Shown: positions 21,421 to 30,710 of the stretch, piece after piece
Numbering within the stretch: position 1 is the stretch's first letter
How the letters are laid out: every line of letters starts with the position of its first letter
From: a virus
Lineage: Duplodnaviria; Caudoviricetes
Direction: 5' to 3' (one strand)
DNA: 50,163 nt
IMG/VR virus record: IMGVR_UViG_3300032335_001351
Location: 1-50,163 of that record
The notes under the pieces: generated by a model
The model's input: only the letters and a program-made list of their open reading frames with translations
Told to the model about the DNA's origin: nothing
Databases searched by the model: none
Program-made: the position numbers and the translations under genes

Positions 21421-22320
21421 ATGACCCTAGTGGCCAAGCCCGCGGCTCGCGTGAATTATCTCAACAATCGCGACATACTCAAAGAAATACATCTCAGCAA
21501 AAACACCTACTGTTGGTACCGTGATCGAGTCTTGGATCACCAATATGATTTGATTCTTCCCAGCATTGATCGGATCAACGTTCGCACCATAGTAGAGGCA
21601 CGCAAAAATCGTGCTGACCGTATCAAGCGTGAAACTGGTGAGGTCATTGATCAAAAAAAGATACCCAATACAGACTTGGTGTTTCGCATTACAGCATGGG
21701 ATCACATTCCCAAGGCACCCAAAAAGCTCACCAAGGCCGAAATCAAGCGCCGCAAATTGGAAGAGATTTTAGACATCGAAGACACTCCTGAAGAAGACGG
21801 TCTAGAAGAATTGCTGGATGTGCCAGTACTGGACACTGCACATGTGAGACTGAACTTTCCACCGTTTGAACACTACAGACTGGACGACCAAAAGAAACCC
21901 TATATTGTGGGACGCAGTCATTGGCGTGGTGATTTGGCCACAGGAGAATTCTGTCGCGAACACGGCAACATGACTCGCAAACTGGCTCAGATGTTTATCA
22001 AACTGTGCGAACGCTATGCCACTCGCTCAAACTGGCGTGGTTACACCTACAACGAGGAAATGCGTGGACAAGCTCTTCTTCAACTTAGTCAAATTGGTCT
22101 ACAGTTTGACGAATCAAAAAGCCAAAACCCGTTCGCTTACTATACCGCTGCGATCACTAATAGTTTTACACGCATTCTTAACATTGAAAAGAAAATGCAA
22201 AACATACGAGATGACATCCTGGAGATAAACGGACTTAACCCAAGCTGGACCCGCCAAAACGCTGGCGGTCGAAGCATGGCCGACTTGAGCGGTCCGGTTG
22301 TGAGCAGCCTGGATGATTAA
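21421..22320 (+). CDS. gp55: Late-transcription sigma factor (T4 gp55-like)
   Basis: NYLNNRDILKEI and NWRGYTYNEEMRGQALLQL...FDESKSQNPFAYYTAAITNSFTRILNIEKK; upstream of gp47/gp46 as in T4-like phages. Confidence 0.88.
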   Translation: MTLVAKPAARVNYLNNRDILKEIHLSKNTYCWYRDRVLDHQYDLILPSIDRINVRTIVEARKNRADRIKRETGEVIDQKKIPNTDLVFRITAWDHIPKAPKKLTKAEIKRRKLEEILDIEDTPEEDGLEELLDVPVLDTAHVRLNFPPFEHYRLDDQKKPYIVGRSHWRGDLATGEFCREHGNMTRKLAQMFIKLCERYATRSNWRGYTYNEEMRGQALLQLSQIGLQFDESKSQNPFAYYTAAITNSFTRILNIEKKMQNIRDDILEINGLNPSWTRQNAGGRSMADLSGPVVSSLDD

Positions 22321-23200
22321 ACAAACCACAGTGATTGTGTATCCAGGTGGGTGCTATGGTACCTATCTTGAATGGTGTTTGTCTACTTTGACCAACAGCA
22401 AACACATACAGTCACCATTCAATGCCAATGGCAATAGTCATAATTTCCATGGACACCAACTGTTTGACATACAAGGTTGGCGTAGATATTGTGATGGGCA
22501 GCAAAATTATAAATTTGTAAGATTACATCCAAAAACGGAAGCAAGTTACAGCATAAAACATATTATCTTCGAAATAGCCAGTCAAGCACACAAAGTCATA
22601 TATTTGTACCCAACCAAGTCAACGCTGCTACTGAGTCTTAATAACTATTTCAATAAAATTTGGGATAATTGGTTTTCACAGGTTTTGAGTGCAACCGTAG
22701 ACATCAACAAACTCTACACCAATTGGCCTGTCGCAGCTGACACGCCAATAGAACAAATTAACCCTTGGATACTTCGAGAGTTTTGTAGCTTTTATCTAAT
22801 GCCAATGTGGCTGGATCAGATTGGTTGGCATGACTTGCCATGGCAACATCCAAATGTCATGACTGTCACTATTGAAAAATTATTAAGAGAGTTCTCTGCA
22901 TCGTTGGCCGACATTCAAAATTTTTGTGAGCTAGATTTTGAACGGCCAATTTCCACTCTGTTGCCATACCATGATCAAAATCTGCAATTGCAAAAATATC
23001 TAAATCACGATAAACTATGCAACAGTGCGGTGGAAGCAACTTTGGAAGGTAAAAACTTTGATTGGCAACCGTTGGGACTATGTAGCGAAAGTTGGGTACA
23101 ATGGCAGTTGAGAAACCAGGGCTACGAGATTCAGTGCAACGGGCTTGACACATTCCCCACAAATAGTTTACAATTGAAAAAACTACTTTATCCAGTATGA
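22313..23200 (+). CDS. Hypothetical protein, possibly P-loop/sulfotransferase-like
   Basis: 295-aa ORF overlapping both neighbours; N-terminal VIVYPGGCYGTYLEW; visibly more AT-rich than the core genes. Confidence 0.7.
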   Translation: MIKQTTVIVYPGGCYGTYLEWCLSTLTNSKHIQSPFNANGNSHNFHGHQLFDIQGWRRYCDGQQNYKFVRLHPKTEASYSIKHIIFEIASQAHKVIYLYPTKSTLLLSLNNYFNKIWDNWFSQVLSATVDINKLYTNWPVAADTPIEQINPWILREFCSFYLMPMWLDQIGWHDLPWQHPNVMTVTIEKLLREFSASLADIQNFCELDFERPISTLLPYHDQNLQLQKYLNHDKLCNSAVEATLEGKNFDWQPLGLCSESWVQWQLRNQGYEIQCNGLDTFPTNSLQLKKLLYPV

Positions 23201-24210
23201 ACTTATTCCGCAAAGCTGCTATATTCACAGACATCCATTTTGGGCTAAAGTCAAACAGTGTAGTTCACAACGAAGACTGTTTGGCTTTTGTAAAGTGGGC
23301 CACAGCCAAGGCGCAAGAAGAAGGCTGTGAAACCTGTTTGTTTTTGGGCGACTGGCACAACAATCGAGCCAGTCTCAACATTGTCACACTAAACTACAGC
23401 CTACGGGCACTGGAGCACATGAATGATAATTTTGAACATGTTTACTTTATTCCTGGTAATCACGATCTGTATTATCGCGACAAACGCGACATTCAAAGTG
23501 TGGAATGGGCTCGTCACCTCCCCAACGTGGAAATATGTAACGATTGGTTCTCTAGTGGCGATGTGGTTATTGCTCCTTGGCTGTGTGGAGACGATCACAA
23601 ACGCCTAAGCAAGATGTCTGGGCAGTACTTGTTTGGACACTTTGAATTACCCGGATACCTCATGAATGCCATGGTAGAGATGCCAGATCACGGGGAACTG
23701 CAACGAGATCATCTTGGGGGATTTGGTCATGTGTACACTGGGCACTTCCACAAGCGACAGACTAAAAAGAATATTACCTACATCGGTAATGCGTTCCCTC
23801 ATAATTATGCAGATGCTGGCGACGACGAACGGGGACTCACTGTGTTGGAGTGGGGGGAGGCACCTAAATTTCATGCTTGGCCTGATCAACCCACCTATAG
23901 AGTATACGGACTTGCCAATCTTATCGACAACGCTGCGACGCTTCTTAGAGCCCGAATGCATGTACGTGTCAACTTGGACATTGAGATAAGCTACGAAGAA
24001 GCCAATTTTATCAAAGAAACTTTTATCCGAGATTATGCTCTGCGAGAGATGAGCCTGATTCCCAACAAAACTGTGGGCGTTGAAGAAGATCTTGCCCCCG
24101 GTGACGTCAAATTTGAGTCAGTGGATCAGATCGTGGTAGACCAACTCACTAATATTGAAAGCGAGTTCTACGACAATCGCCTGTTGTTGAAGATTTACCA
24201 GAATCTATGA
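23197..24210 (+). CDS. gp47: Recombination endonuclease subunit (gp47/Mre11/SbcD)
   Basis: Metallophosphoesterase motifs DIHFG, FLGDW, GNHD, GHF, GHFH. Confidence 0.92.
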   Translation: MNLFRKAAIFTDIHFGLKSNSVVHNEDCLAFVKWATAKAQEEGCETCLFLGDWHNNRASLNIVTLNYSLRALEHMNDNFEHVYFIPGNHDLYYRDKRDIQSVEWARHLPNVEICNDWFSSGDVVIAPWLCGDDHKRLSKMSGQYLFGHFELPGYLMNAMVEMPDHGELQRDHLGGFGHVYTGHFHKRQTKKNITYIGNAFPHNYADAGDDERGLTVLEWGEAPKFHAWPDQPTYRVYGLANLIDNAATLLRARMHVRVNLDIEISYEEANFIKETFIRDYALREMSLIPNKTVGVEEDLAPGDVKFESVDQIVVDQLTNIESEFYDNRLLLKIYQNL

Positions 24211-24935
24211 AAATCTACTTCAATGGTTGCAGCCACACTTTTGGCGATGATCTTGCTGATCGAGCTCATGCTTGGCCGGCTCGTGTTGCTGCGGCGTTGC
24301 AGAGTAAATTTGTCAACGATGCTGTGAGTGGCGGCACCAACGACAGGATCTTGTATAGAACTGTTAAGTTTGCCCAGCAATTTGACTTTGTATGCATAGC
24401 CTGGACCTACACTTCACGATTTACTCGATATAGATCTGACAACAACCATGATGTTAACTTCAACGCTCAAATGACTCATAGCATGTACGGTCAGGCCACT
24501 GAGTTTCGCGACTATGGTCGATTGCACTATACTTTTTGGCACAACGAACTTTACAATTTTAAAATTTGGCTACAAAATGTTGTGCTGTTGCAAAGTTATC
24601 TAGACAGCATCAACCGGCCTTTTGTTATGATTAGTGCAGATCACAATCATATTAATCGGTGGGCTTCAGATCGTGATCAGTTCAATTCCAGTGTAAAATC
24701 GTTAATAAACTTTGATCTGATGTCAGACCAGCAGTTAGATGACGAACACTGTGAAATTCAACGTTTACTGGATCAAGTTGATCGACAACGTTATTATGGT
24801 TTTGGTCATTGGTGGATAACTCAGCTGCATGCGCACTATCCAGTTGGTAACACATCACATCTCCAAAAAGCTGGACACCAAGCCATAGCAGACTATCTAT
24901 TATCACATGATTCATTTCAAAACGCTAACTGTTAA
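24207..24935 (+). CDS. Hypothetical protein, SGNH-hydrolase-like
   Basis: KIYFNGCSHTFG, VNDAVSGGTNDRI and C-terminal HLQKAGHQAIADYL resemble SGNH blocks. Confidence 0.65.
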   Translation: MKIYFNGCSHTFGDDLADRAHAWPARVAAALQSKFVNDAVSGGTNDRILYRTVKFAQQFDFVCIAWTYTSRFTRYRSDNNHDVNFNAQMTHSMYGQATEFRDYGRLHYTFWHNELYNFKIWLQNVVLLQSYLDSINRPFVMISADHNHINRWASDRDQFNSSVKSLINFDLMSDQQLDDEHCEIQRLLDQVDRQRYYGFGHWWITQLHAHYPVGNTSHLQKAGHQAIADYLLSHDSFQNANC

Positions 24936-26670
24936 AAATTTCATGAGTGTGGGCAATGCCACACAAGGAGTGCACTTTGATCGTCAAGATCTAACCTTGG
25001 TCTTGGGCGAAAACCTTGACCTAGGCGGTGACGGCAGTCGCAACGGCACAGGTAAAACTACTATCATCAATGCACTGAGTTATGCTTTGTATGGCAATGC
25101 ACTTAGCAACATTCGCAAAGACAATCTAGTAAATAAAACCAATGCCAAGCACATGTTGGTAAGTTTAGATTTTGCAGTGGGCGATCGAGAATATCGAATC
25201 GAGCGTGGGCGCAAACCTAACGTGCTGCGATTTTTTGTCAATAACGAACAACAAGCTGTAACTGACGAAGCTCAGGGCGACAGCCGCGAAACTCAGGATG
25301 CTATTGAACGTATATTGGGCATGAGTCACGACATGTTCAAGCATGTGTTGGCCTTAAACACTTATACTGAGCCGTTCTTGAGTCTTAAGGCCAACGAGCA
25401 GCGAACCATAATTGAACAACTGCTGGGCATTACTCAACTCAGTGAACGTGCCGATCGCATCAAAGAACTCAATCGTGAAACCAAAGATGGCATCACTCAA
25501 GAAGAAATGCGCATCCGGGCTGTGCAAGAAGCCAACCGACGCATTGAAGAACAGATTGAAAGCCTTCGAAAACGTCAGACCTTGTGGCTAAAAAAGCGTG
25601 ATGATGATGTGGCTCAGTTTGCCCAGGCCATTGTGGATCTTGAACATGTAAGAATTGAGGTTGAAATACAAGCGCATCGAGATCTCGAAGTATATCATGC
25701 CAAGAAAAAATCACGCGATGACATCAATCTTTGGTTGCGCAAAATTGAAAACGAAGATTCTCGACTTCAAAAGCAAAAACAACAGCTTGATCGAGATCTG
25801 CAAGAAATCAAGCAACACCGATGTTTTGCTTGCGGAACTGAAATACACGACAACAGCCTTGACACGGTGCGAACTGAGCGTGAAAAAACTCTACAGGACA
25901 TTGCACTGCAATTGCTGGCCAATGATACTCAGCGCACTGAGCACCAAACTGCACTGGCAGAGTTAGGCGAGCTGGGCTCTGCTCCCAAGGTGTTCTATGA
26001 CAGCTTGGAAGATGCGCTGAATCACAAAAATACTGTGGACAGTTTGCAACGCAACATGGAGAGTAGAGCCTCTGACGCCGACCCTTATGGTGAACAGATT
26101 GAAGACATGCAAGGACAAGCCTTGCAGGTTGTGAGCTATGACGTCATCAACGATCTCACCAAGCTGCAAGAGCATCAAGAATTCTTGCTCAAGTTGCTGA
26201 CCAGTAAAGATAGTTTTGTGCGCAAGAAGATCATTGATCAGAATCTCAGCTATCTCAACAGCAGACTTACTCACTACTTGGATAGAATTGGTTTGCCACA
26301 CACAGTAAAGTTTCAAAACGATCTCTCTGTCAGCATTGAAGAGCTGGGTCGCGAACTAGACTTTGACAACCTCAGTCGAGGTGAACGCACTAGACTGATT
26401 CTCAGTATGAGTTGGGCATTCAGAGATGTGTGGGAGAGCTTGTATCATCCCATCAATCTCTTGTTCATTGATGAACTCATGGACAACGGGCTGGACACAC
26501 AAGGTGTAGAAAGTGGGTTGGCTTTGCTGAAAAAGATGAGTCGTGAACGACACAAGTCAATTTGGTTAGTAAGTCATCGTGACGAGCTGGCCGGTCGAGT
26601 CAACAACATTCTCAAGGTTGTAAAAGAACATGGATTTACTAGTTACAGCACCGATGTTGACACAGCGTAA
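24907..26670 (+). CDS. gp46: Recombination ATPase subunit (gp46/Rad50/SbcC)
   Basis: Walker A NGTGKTT, coiled coil with zinc hook CFAC, signature LSRGE, Walker B LLFIDE, H-loop VSH. Confidence 0.95.
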   Translation: MIHFKTLTVKNFMSVGNATQGVHFDRQDLTLVLGENLDLGGDGSRNGTGKTTIINALSYALYGNALSNIRKDNLVNKTNAKHMLVSLDFAVGDREYRIERGRKPNVLRFFVNNEQQAVTDEAQGDSRETQDAIERILGMSHDMFKHVLALNTYTEPFLSLKANEQRTIIEQLLGITQLSERADRIKELNRETKDGITQEEMRIRAVQEANRRIEEQIESLRKRQTLWLKKRDDDVAQFAQAIVDLEHVRIEVEIQAHRDLEVYHAKKKSRDDINLWLRKIENEDSRLQKQKQQLDRDLQEIKQHRCFACGTEIHDNSLDTVRTEREKTLQDIALQLLANDTQRTEHQTALAELGELGSAPKVFYDSLEDALNHKNTVDSLQRNMESRASDADPYGEQIEDMQGQALQVVSYDVINDLTKLQEHQEFLLKLLTSKDSFVRKKIIDQNLSYLNSRLTHYLDRIGLPHTVKFQNDLSVSIEELGRELDFDNLSRGERTRLILSMSWAFRDVWESLYHPINLLFIDELMDNGLDTQGVESGLALLKKMSRERHKSIWLVSHRDELAGRVNNILKVVKEHGFTSYSTDVDTA

Positions 26671-27517
26671 CGTCAGCGTCCTGCATCTAGAGCCTACTAC
26701 AATTTGTCAGGCCAGATGTGCACTGTGCGCTAGAGAGACTGACAGCACATTTGACAAAAACACTCGAGTTCATTTGAGCATGTGGAAAATCTTTCAGGTG
26801 TTTGATGCTAACCGTATTACCCAACTCAGCAAAATGTTCATGTGTGGCAACTATGGAGATCCCGCAGCCGGGCGCTATACTCTCAACATCTACCAAACAT
26901 TTAGAAAACTCAATCCTAACATTGTGCTGGGTATGAATACCAATGGCGGCATTCGCAGTGCATTGTGGTGGCAGGAGTTGGCCCGCATCATGCATCAACC
27001 CCATGACTACGTGGTATTCAGCATAGATGGTCTTGAAGACACTAATTCAGTGTATCGACGCGGTGTGAAATGGCAGCTGGTGATGCGCAATGCCAAGGCG
27101 TTTATCAATGCCGGGGGTCGGGCGCACTGGGACATGCTGGTGTATGGTCACAATCAGCATCAAGTTGATGAGTGTGAGAAACTGGCTCGAAACATGGGAT
27201 TTTCTTGGTTTAGGGCCAAAGTGTCTCGTCGAGGATTCACACAAACTTTGCAAGCTCCACAGGGGTGGGTGCCAATGGTAAATCGTCCAGGGCGCATTAA
27301 CTGTCGAGCTCTCAAAGAACAAAGCATGTATATCAATGCACAAGGACAGGCAGCACCGTGTTGCTGGTTGGATCAAGATCCAACCGACACAGCACTAGTG
27401 CAGGCATCATGGAATACCAATCAACCACACTCAATTTGCAGCAACACATGTTCACTACAACCGCAAGGCAGCACACAGTTCGAAAGCCAATGGCAGCGTG
27501 AGATTGCATTTGAATAA
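26654..27517 (+). CDS. Radical SAM protein with C-terminal Cys-rich (twitch/SPASM-like) region
   Basis: CQARCALC (CxxxCxxC), GNYGDP, TNGG, FSIDGL and C-terminal PCCW...CSNTC. The start is probably MLTQR at 26654. Confidence 0.85.
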   Translation: MLTQRNVSVLHLEPTTICQARCALCARETDSTFDKNTRVHLSMWKIFQVFDANRITQLSKMFMCGNYGDPAAGRYTLNIYQTFRKLNPNIVLGMNTNGGIRSALWWQELARIMHQPHDYVVFSIDGLEDTNSVYRRGVKWQLVMRNAKAFINAGGRAHWDMLVYGHNQHQVDECEKLARNMGFSWFRAKVSRRGFTQTLQAPQGWVPMVNRPGRINCRALKEQSMYINAQGQAAPCCWLDQDPTDTALVQASWNTNQPHSICSNTCSLQPQGSTQFESQWQREIAFE

Positions 27518-27563
27518 ACATTTTATATCACTCACCAGCAGCAAGGACTAATTATCATGTACT

Positions 27564-27992
27564 ATGTCATGGTACTATCAAGGCAACATCATTGACACCT
27601 TGCCCGAAGATTGTGTGGGATTTGTGTATCTAATCACAAACCTCACCACAGGTCGCATGTACATAGGCAAAAAACTCGCAAAATTCTCTAAGACTACGCA
27701 ACGTACTGTCAAACTCAAGAACGGCAACAAACGCAAGAAAAAAATCCGCACCAAAGTGGATAGCGACTGGCGCAACTACTATGGGTCTAGCCCCGAGCTC
27801 ACAAAGGATGTGGAACTGTTAGGCAAAGAAAACTTCCAACGCGAAATCTTATTCTATTGCAAAAGCAAAGCCGAATGTTCATATATTGAAGCTAGAGAAC
27901 AATTTTCCCGACGTGTATTAGAATCAGCAGACTACTATAACGGGCACATTCAAGTGCGTGTACATGGCAGTCACATCATAGGCAAACTTTAA
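27564..27992 (+). CDS. Minimal GIY-YIG nuclease-family protein
   Basis: GFVYLITNLTTGRMYIGKK, YYGSS, conserved-type Glu (YIEAREQ) and YYN. It has a basic insertion KLKNGNKRKKKIRTK and no C-terminal DNA-binding domain. Confidence 0.85.
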   Translation: MSWYYQGNIIDTLPEDCVGFVYLITNLTTGRMYIGKKLAKFSKTTQRTVKLKNGNKRKKKIRTKVDSDWRNYYGSSPELTKDVELLGKENFQREILFYCKSKAECSYIEAREQFSRRVLESADYYNGHIQVRVHGSHIIGKL

Positions 27993-27994
27993 GC

Positions 27995-28421
27995 GTTCAC
28001 GACTCGCACAGGTCAATTTCATGTGCCTAGAGACAACCGGATAACAACGGGGACGGAAGACTCACTGCGCTGGTGAGCACTCAGCAACTATCCTTGACCG
28101 GACGACGATCGCAAGCATGCCTGCGGTTTTGCTGTTTGAACAGAATTTTATTAGGCGAAAAGACGCACGAGTGATCGTGCACGTTTGGGATTCACGCTAG
28201 CATGTGATTCACAAACCGCCGTTGTGACAAAGACTGGGATGGAGGTATCGGACAACCGCCTCTGCTAAACACCCTAATGCTAGTGACTGTGCTACTCGGA
28301 TGATGCCAATCAATCTTTGCCCTGAGCGGGCAAAGTGTGACCGCTTAATCTGGATGATAGCTTAGACGCTTCGCGATGCATATTAGAAAAAGAGTTGACG
28401 AGCAAAGCGAGTCAACAGAAC
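27995..28421 (+). ncRNA. Candidate large structured ncRNA (~430 nt) with several pseudoknots
   Basis: The only long ORF-free gap in the window. It holds many stems, a GNRA-capped hairpin (28165-80) and three loop-mediated pairings. G-U pairs favour the + strand. Boundaries are approximate. Confidence 0.7.
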
Positions 28422-28425
28422 TTCG

Positions 28426-29214
28426 TTAGAAGTTCTCAATCAGTGCTTGTGCAAATTGTTTAGCATATAGGGAATTTGATTTTGGTCCTGGATGACGACC
28501 ATCAGAATTTACATCAAACTGAAGTTGTCGCATTGATTCATAGAGATTCAACCATGCAGTTTGGTTTACATTCCCAACGGCTTGATATTGCTGGTGCATT
28601 TTGTCATAGAGTTTGAGTATTTCATTGTCGTCTCGATTGACTGCATTCAACAATTTTTGTGTGTAGTTAGTGAGTTGGTCTGGCAAAGTTGGTTTTTCCA
28701 ACTTAACAAAAAACTCTTGATCCCATGGACACATGCCATTGACAAATGCCAATTTGGTGTTTGTCAATCTTGCTAGCTGTTGTATAGAGTTGGAGTATTT
28801 AAGTATCTGTACAATTTCGTATTGGTCATGCGACAATGCAATAAATCGATCTTTGATGTCATTGAGATACTGGGTTGAATAGCTGATGTTGTTTAGCTTA
28901 TGGCCGTGGCCAGTAACTGGTCCAGCATTAAAACATTGTGAAGTTGTGTATAATTCAAAACCAACTTCAATTTCATATCTAGGAAACCCAGTCCACTGCA
29001 CAATGGCATACTCTACAGAATATGTCAGCAATGCACTTACAGTGTCTTGAAAAATCCCAGCATTGCTTCTGCCCCCAAGACTGACATTAATCAAGTTAGT
29101 GTGTGAGAAAAGTCTCTGATGTAACTGATTGACCCACAGTGCAGGGTCTTGTTTTCCTAGCTCAAGGCCTGACCCAGCTGTGAGCGAGCACCCTGAAAAC
29201 AGTGTGTAGCTCAT
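28426..29214 (-). CDS. Hypothetical protein, SGNH-hydrolase-like (resembles 24207-24935)
   Basis: TLFSGCSLTAG, INVSLGGRSNAGI and DGRHPGPKSN. The start at 29214 overlaps the upstream stop (ATGA). Confidence 0.7.
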   Translation of the reverse strand: MSYTLFSGCSLTAGSGLELGKQDPALWVNQLHQRLFSHTNLINVSLGGRSNAGIFQDTVSALLTYSVEYAIVQWTGFPRYEIEVGFELYTTSQCFNAGPVTGHGHKLNNISYSTQYLNDIKDRFIALSHDQYEIVQILKYSNSIQQLARLTNTKLAFVNGMCPWDQEFFVKLEKPTLPDQLTNYTQKLLNAVNRDDNEILKLYDKMHQQYQAVGNVNQTAWLNLYESMRQLQFDVNSDGRHPGPKSNSLYAKQFAQALIENF

Positions 29215-29546
29215 AGATTTTGATCTGGCCAATCTCTAAACAAGGCATGTTGGATGTTGCCTGACACAAACTGGTTGAATGATCGATGTTTGTCTTCCAG
29301 TTCGCCCTTGAGTGGGGCAACTCGACGAAAGGCCGAATCCATTTGACCCATGTCACGAAACTCCATGAGAATCATCCATTCTGGCATGTCGGGAATGGAT
29401 CGAAAACCCATTTTGCAGCGAGTGATTCTGTAGCTGTGCATTTTGTCCTCGCTCACCAAGTGATCAAAAAAGCTCTTCATGTTGTTGACCCAGTCAACAT
29501 CAGAGATGTCGCCCTCTTTGTCAGCCCAAATTGTATAGATATCCAT
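29211..29546 (-). CDS. Small conserved protein, DUF6614-like
   Basis: MDIYTIW...YRITRCKMGF...MEFRDMGQMDSAF...ALFRDWPD recalls DUF6614 (from memory, unverified). Confidence 0.6.
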   Translation of the reverse strand: MDIYTIWADKEGDISDVDWVNNMKSFFDHLVSEDKMHSYRITRCKMGFRSIPDMPEWMILMEFRDMGQMDSAFRRVAPLKGELEDKHRSFNQFVSGNIQHALFRDWPDQNL

Positions 29547-29980
29547 TATTTTACAGGTCCCAATATTTCAAAACCCTGCAAGTCTAGCATGTAGGGTTCA
29601 ACCGCTTCAAAATACATCCAGCGGTAACCGCGATCACGATAGATCGCGCACTCGTTCTCAATACTGCGTATGCCCAGTCTCAATCGGGAATTACGATAGT
29701 CCCAGGCAAAGTGATCACTCAAGATGTTTTCGTTGTCCCAGATCTGGTACATGCTCCAGGCCACCAGCCGATCTTGATCATGATAGCCAATGATTTCAGT
29801 GCCGGCTGCTGTGAGTCTGCCAGCAATCATGGGCATCACACTTTGAAAATGCTTGTGCACACAGTAGTCTCGATACACACGTTGCACGTCATTGACAGGC
29901 ACAGGATCCAGCAGTTGCCAAGGCACCTCGCTCACATACTGTGTTTGAGCAAGATCAATGCGACCAAACTGCCAGCTCAT
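29546..29980 (-). CDS. GNAT-fold protein resembling the C-terminal domain of Arg/Leu-tRNA-protein transferase (ATE/Bpt)
   Basis: GYHDQDRLVAWS...FAWDYRNSRLRLGIRSIENECAIYRDRGYRWMYF parallels the ATE_C pattern YDP...LG..SI..EI......G..Y.YLG. Confidence 0.55.
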   Translation of the reverse strand: MSWQFGRIDLAQTQYVSEVPWQLLDPVPVNDVQRVYRDYCVHKHFQSVMPMIAGRLTAAGTEIIGYHDQDRLVAWSMYQIWDNENILSDHFAWDYRNSRLRLGIRSIENECAIYRDRGYRWMYFEAVEPYMLDLQGFEILGPVK

Positions 29981-30480
29981 GTTCGTGGATCCTGGCGATG
30001 TTGAAATAGTGATTCAAGATAGTCCTTGGGCCAAGTGTCATAAAATCCCTGACGAGCCATTAGCCGTGCTTTGTGGTCAAGGTCAGCAAGTCCCTGCACC
30101 AAGGCCAGGGCATAGGTGCCTTGATTCATGATCACACCGTTGACATTTTCAACGTCTGTGGGATGGTCTTCTAGTGCCAAAAGATCATTGGTCAGTAAAA
30201 ATTCTTGATTGGCTTGGTCAATGGCATGACTCAACTGTGCATGCGAGCACTGCACAGGATCATACACATAGATCCAGACTTCGCGACCTTGCAGGCCAAG
30301 GTCAGCACGAATTTTCAAATCTTGCAAAGGATCAGTGCCCAGCACAATGGAATAGCTCTGTTTGAGTCGTGCTGACCGTGCATAGGGACAAGGTGGGAAT
30401 CCGCCCAGCACTGGGTGAGGAACCTCCAAGAAGTTGGTGATCCAAGATTCAATGTCACGAGTTACAGTAGCAATGTCCAT
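29977..30480 (-). CDS. Hypothetical protein, DUF1415-like
   Basis: WITNFLEVPHPVLGGFPPCPYAR and EDHP; coupled to its neighbours by TAATG/ATGA overlaps. Confidence 0.55.
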   Translation of the reverse strand: MDIATVTRDIESWITNFLEVPHPVLGGFPPCPYARSARLKQSYSIVLGTDPLQDLKIRADLGLQGREVWIYVYDPVQCSHAQLSHAIDQANQEFLLTNDLLALEDHPTDVENVNGVIMNQGTYALALVQGLADLDHKARLMARQGFYDTWPKDYLESLFQHRQDPRT

Positions 30481-30710
30481 TAGAAGAAAGGCAGTCCAGA
30501 TTTTTTGGCAGTTTCAAGATTTTCTTTTACAACATCGTTGATCAAGCGGCGCTCAGTGGTGCTCATGTTCATGACATCCACATAGCTGGCACCGCCACGC
30601 ATGTACCAGCTTTGCTTGAGAGCCTCCTGACGTATGCCATTGCATTCCTGTTCCAGCTGTTCAATCCAGCCCGAGATGCCGTCAGCGTCCAGGGTCAGGA
30701 GGCGGGCCCG
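30480..30710 (-). CDS. -1 frame extension of the gp26-like gene (76 codons)
   Basis: Reads RARLLTLDADGISGWIEQLEQECNGIRQEALKQSWYMRGGASYVDVMNMSTTERRLINDVVKENLETAKKSGLPFF*. It fills the gap exactly, has no ATG/GTG/TTG before MRGG and begins at the slippery T TTT TTC. Confidence 0.75.
   Translation of the reverse strand, partial: RARLLTLDADGISGWIEQLEQECNGIRQEALKQSWYMRGGASYVDVMNMSTTERRLINDVVKENLETAKKSGLPFF

Noticed and set aside
27564-28425. Group I intron carrying a GIY-YIG homing endonuclease
   Set aside because: No interrupted gene is evident (the upstream gene ends normally and the downstream gene is convergent), and I could not find convincing P7/R-S core sequences. A covariance search is needed to exclude it fully.
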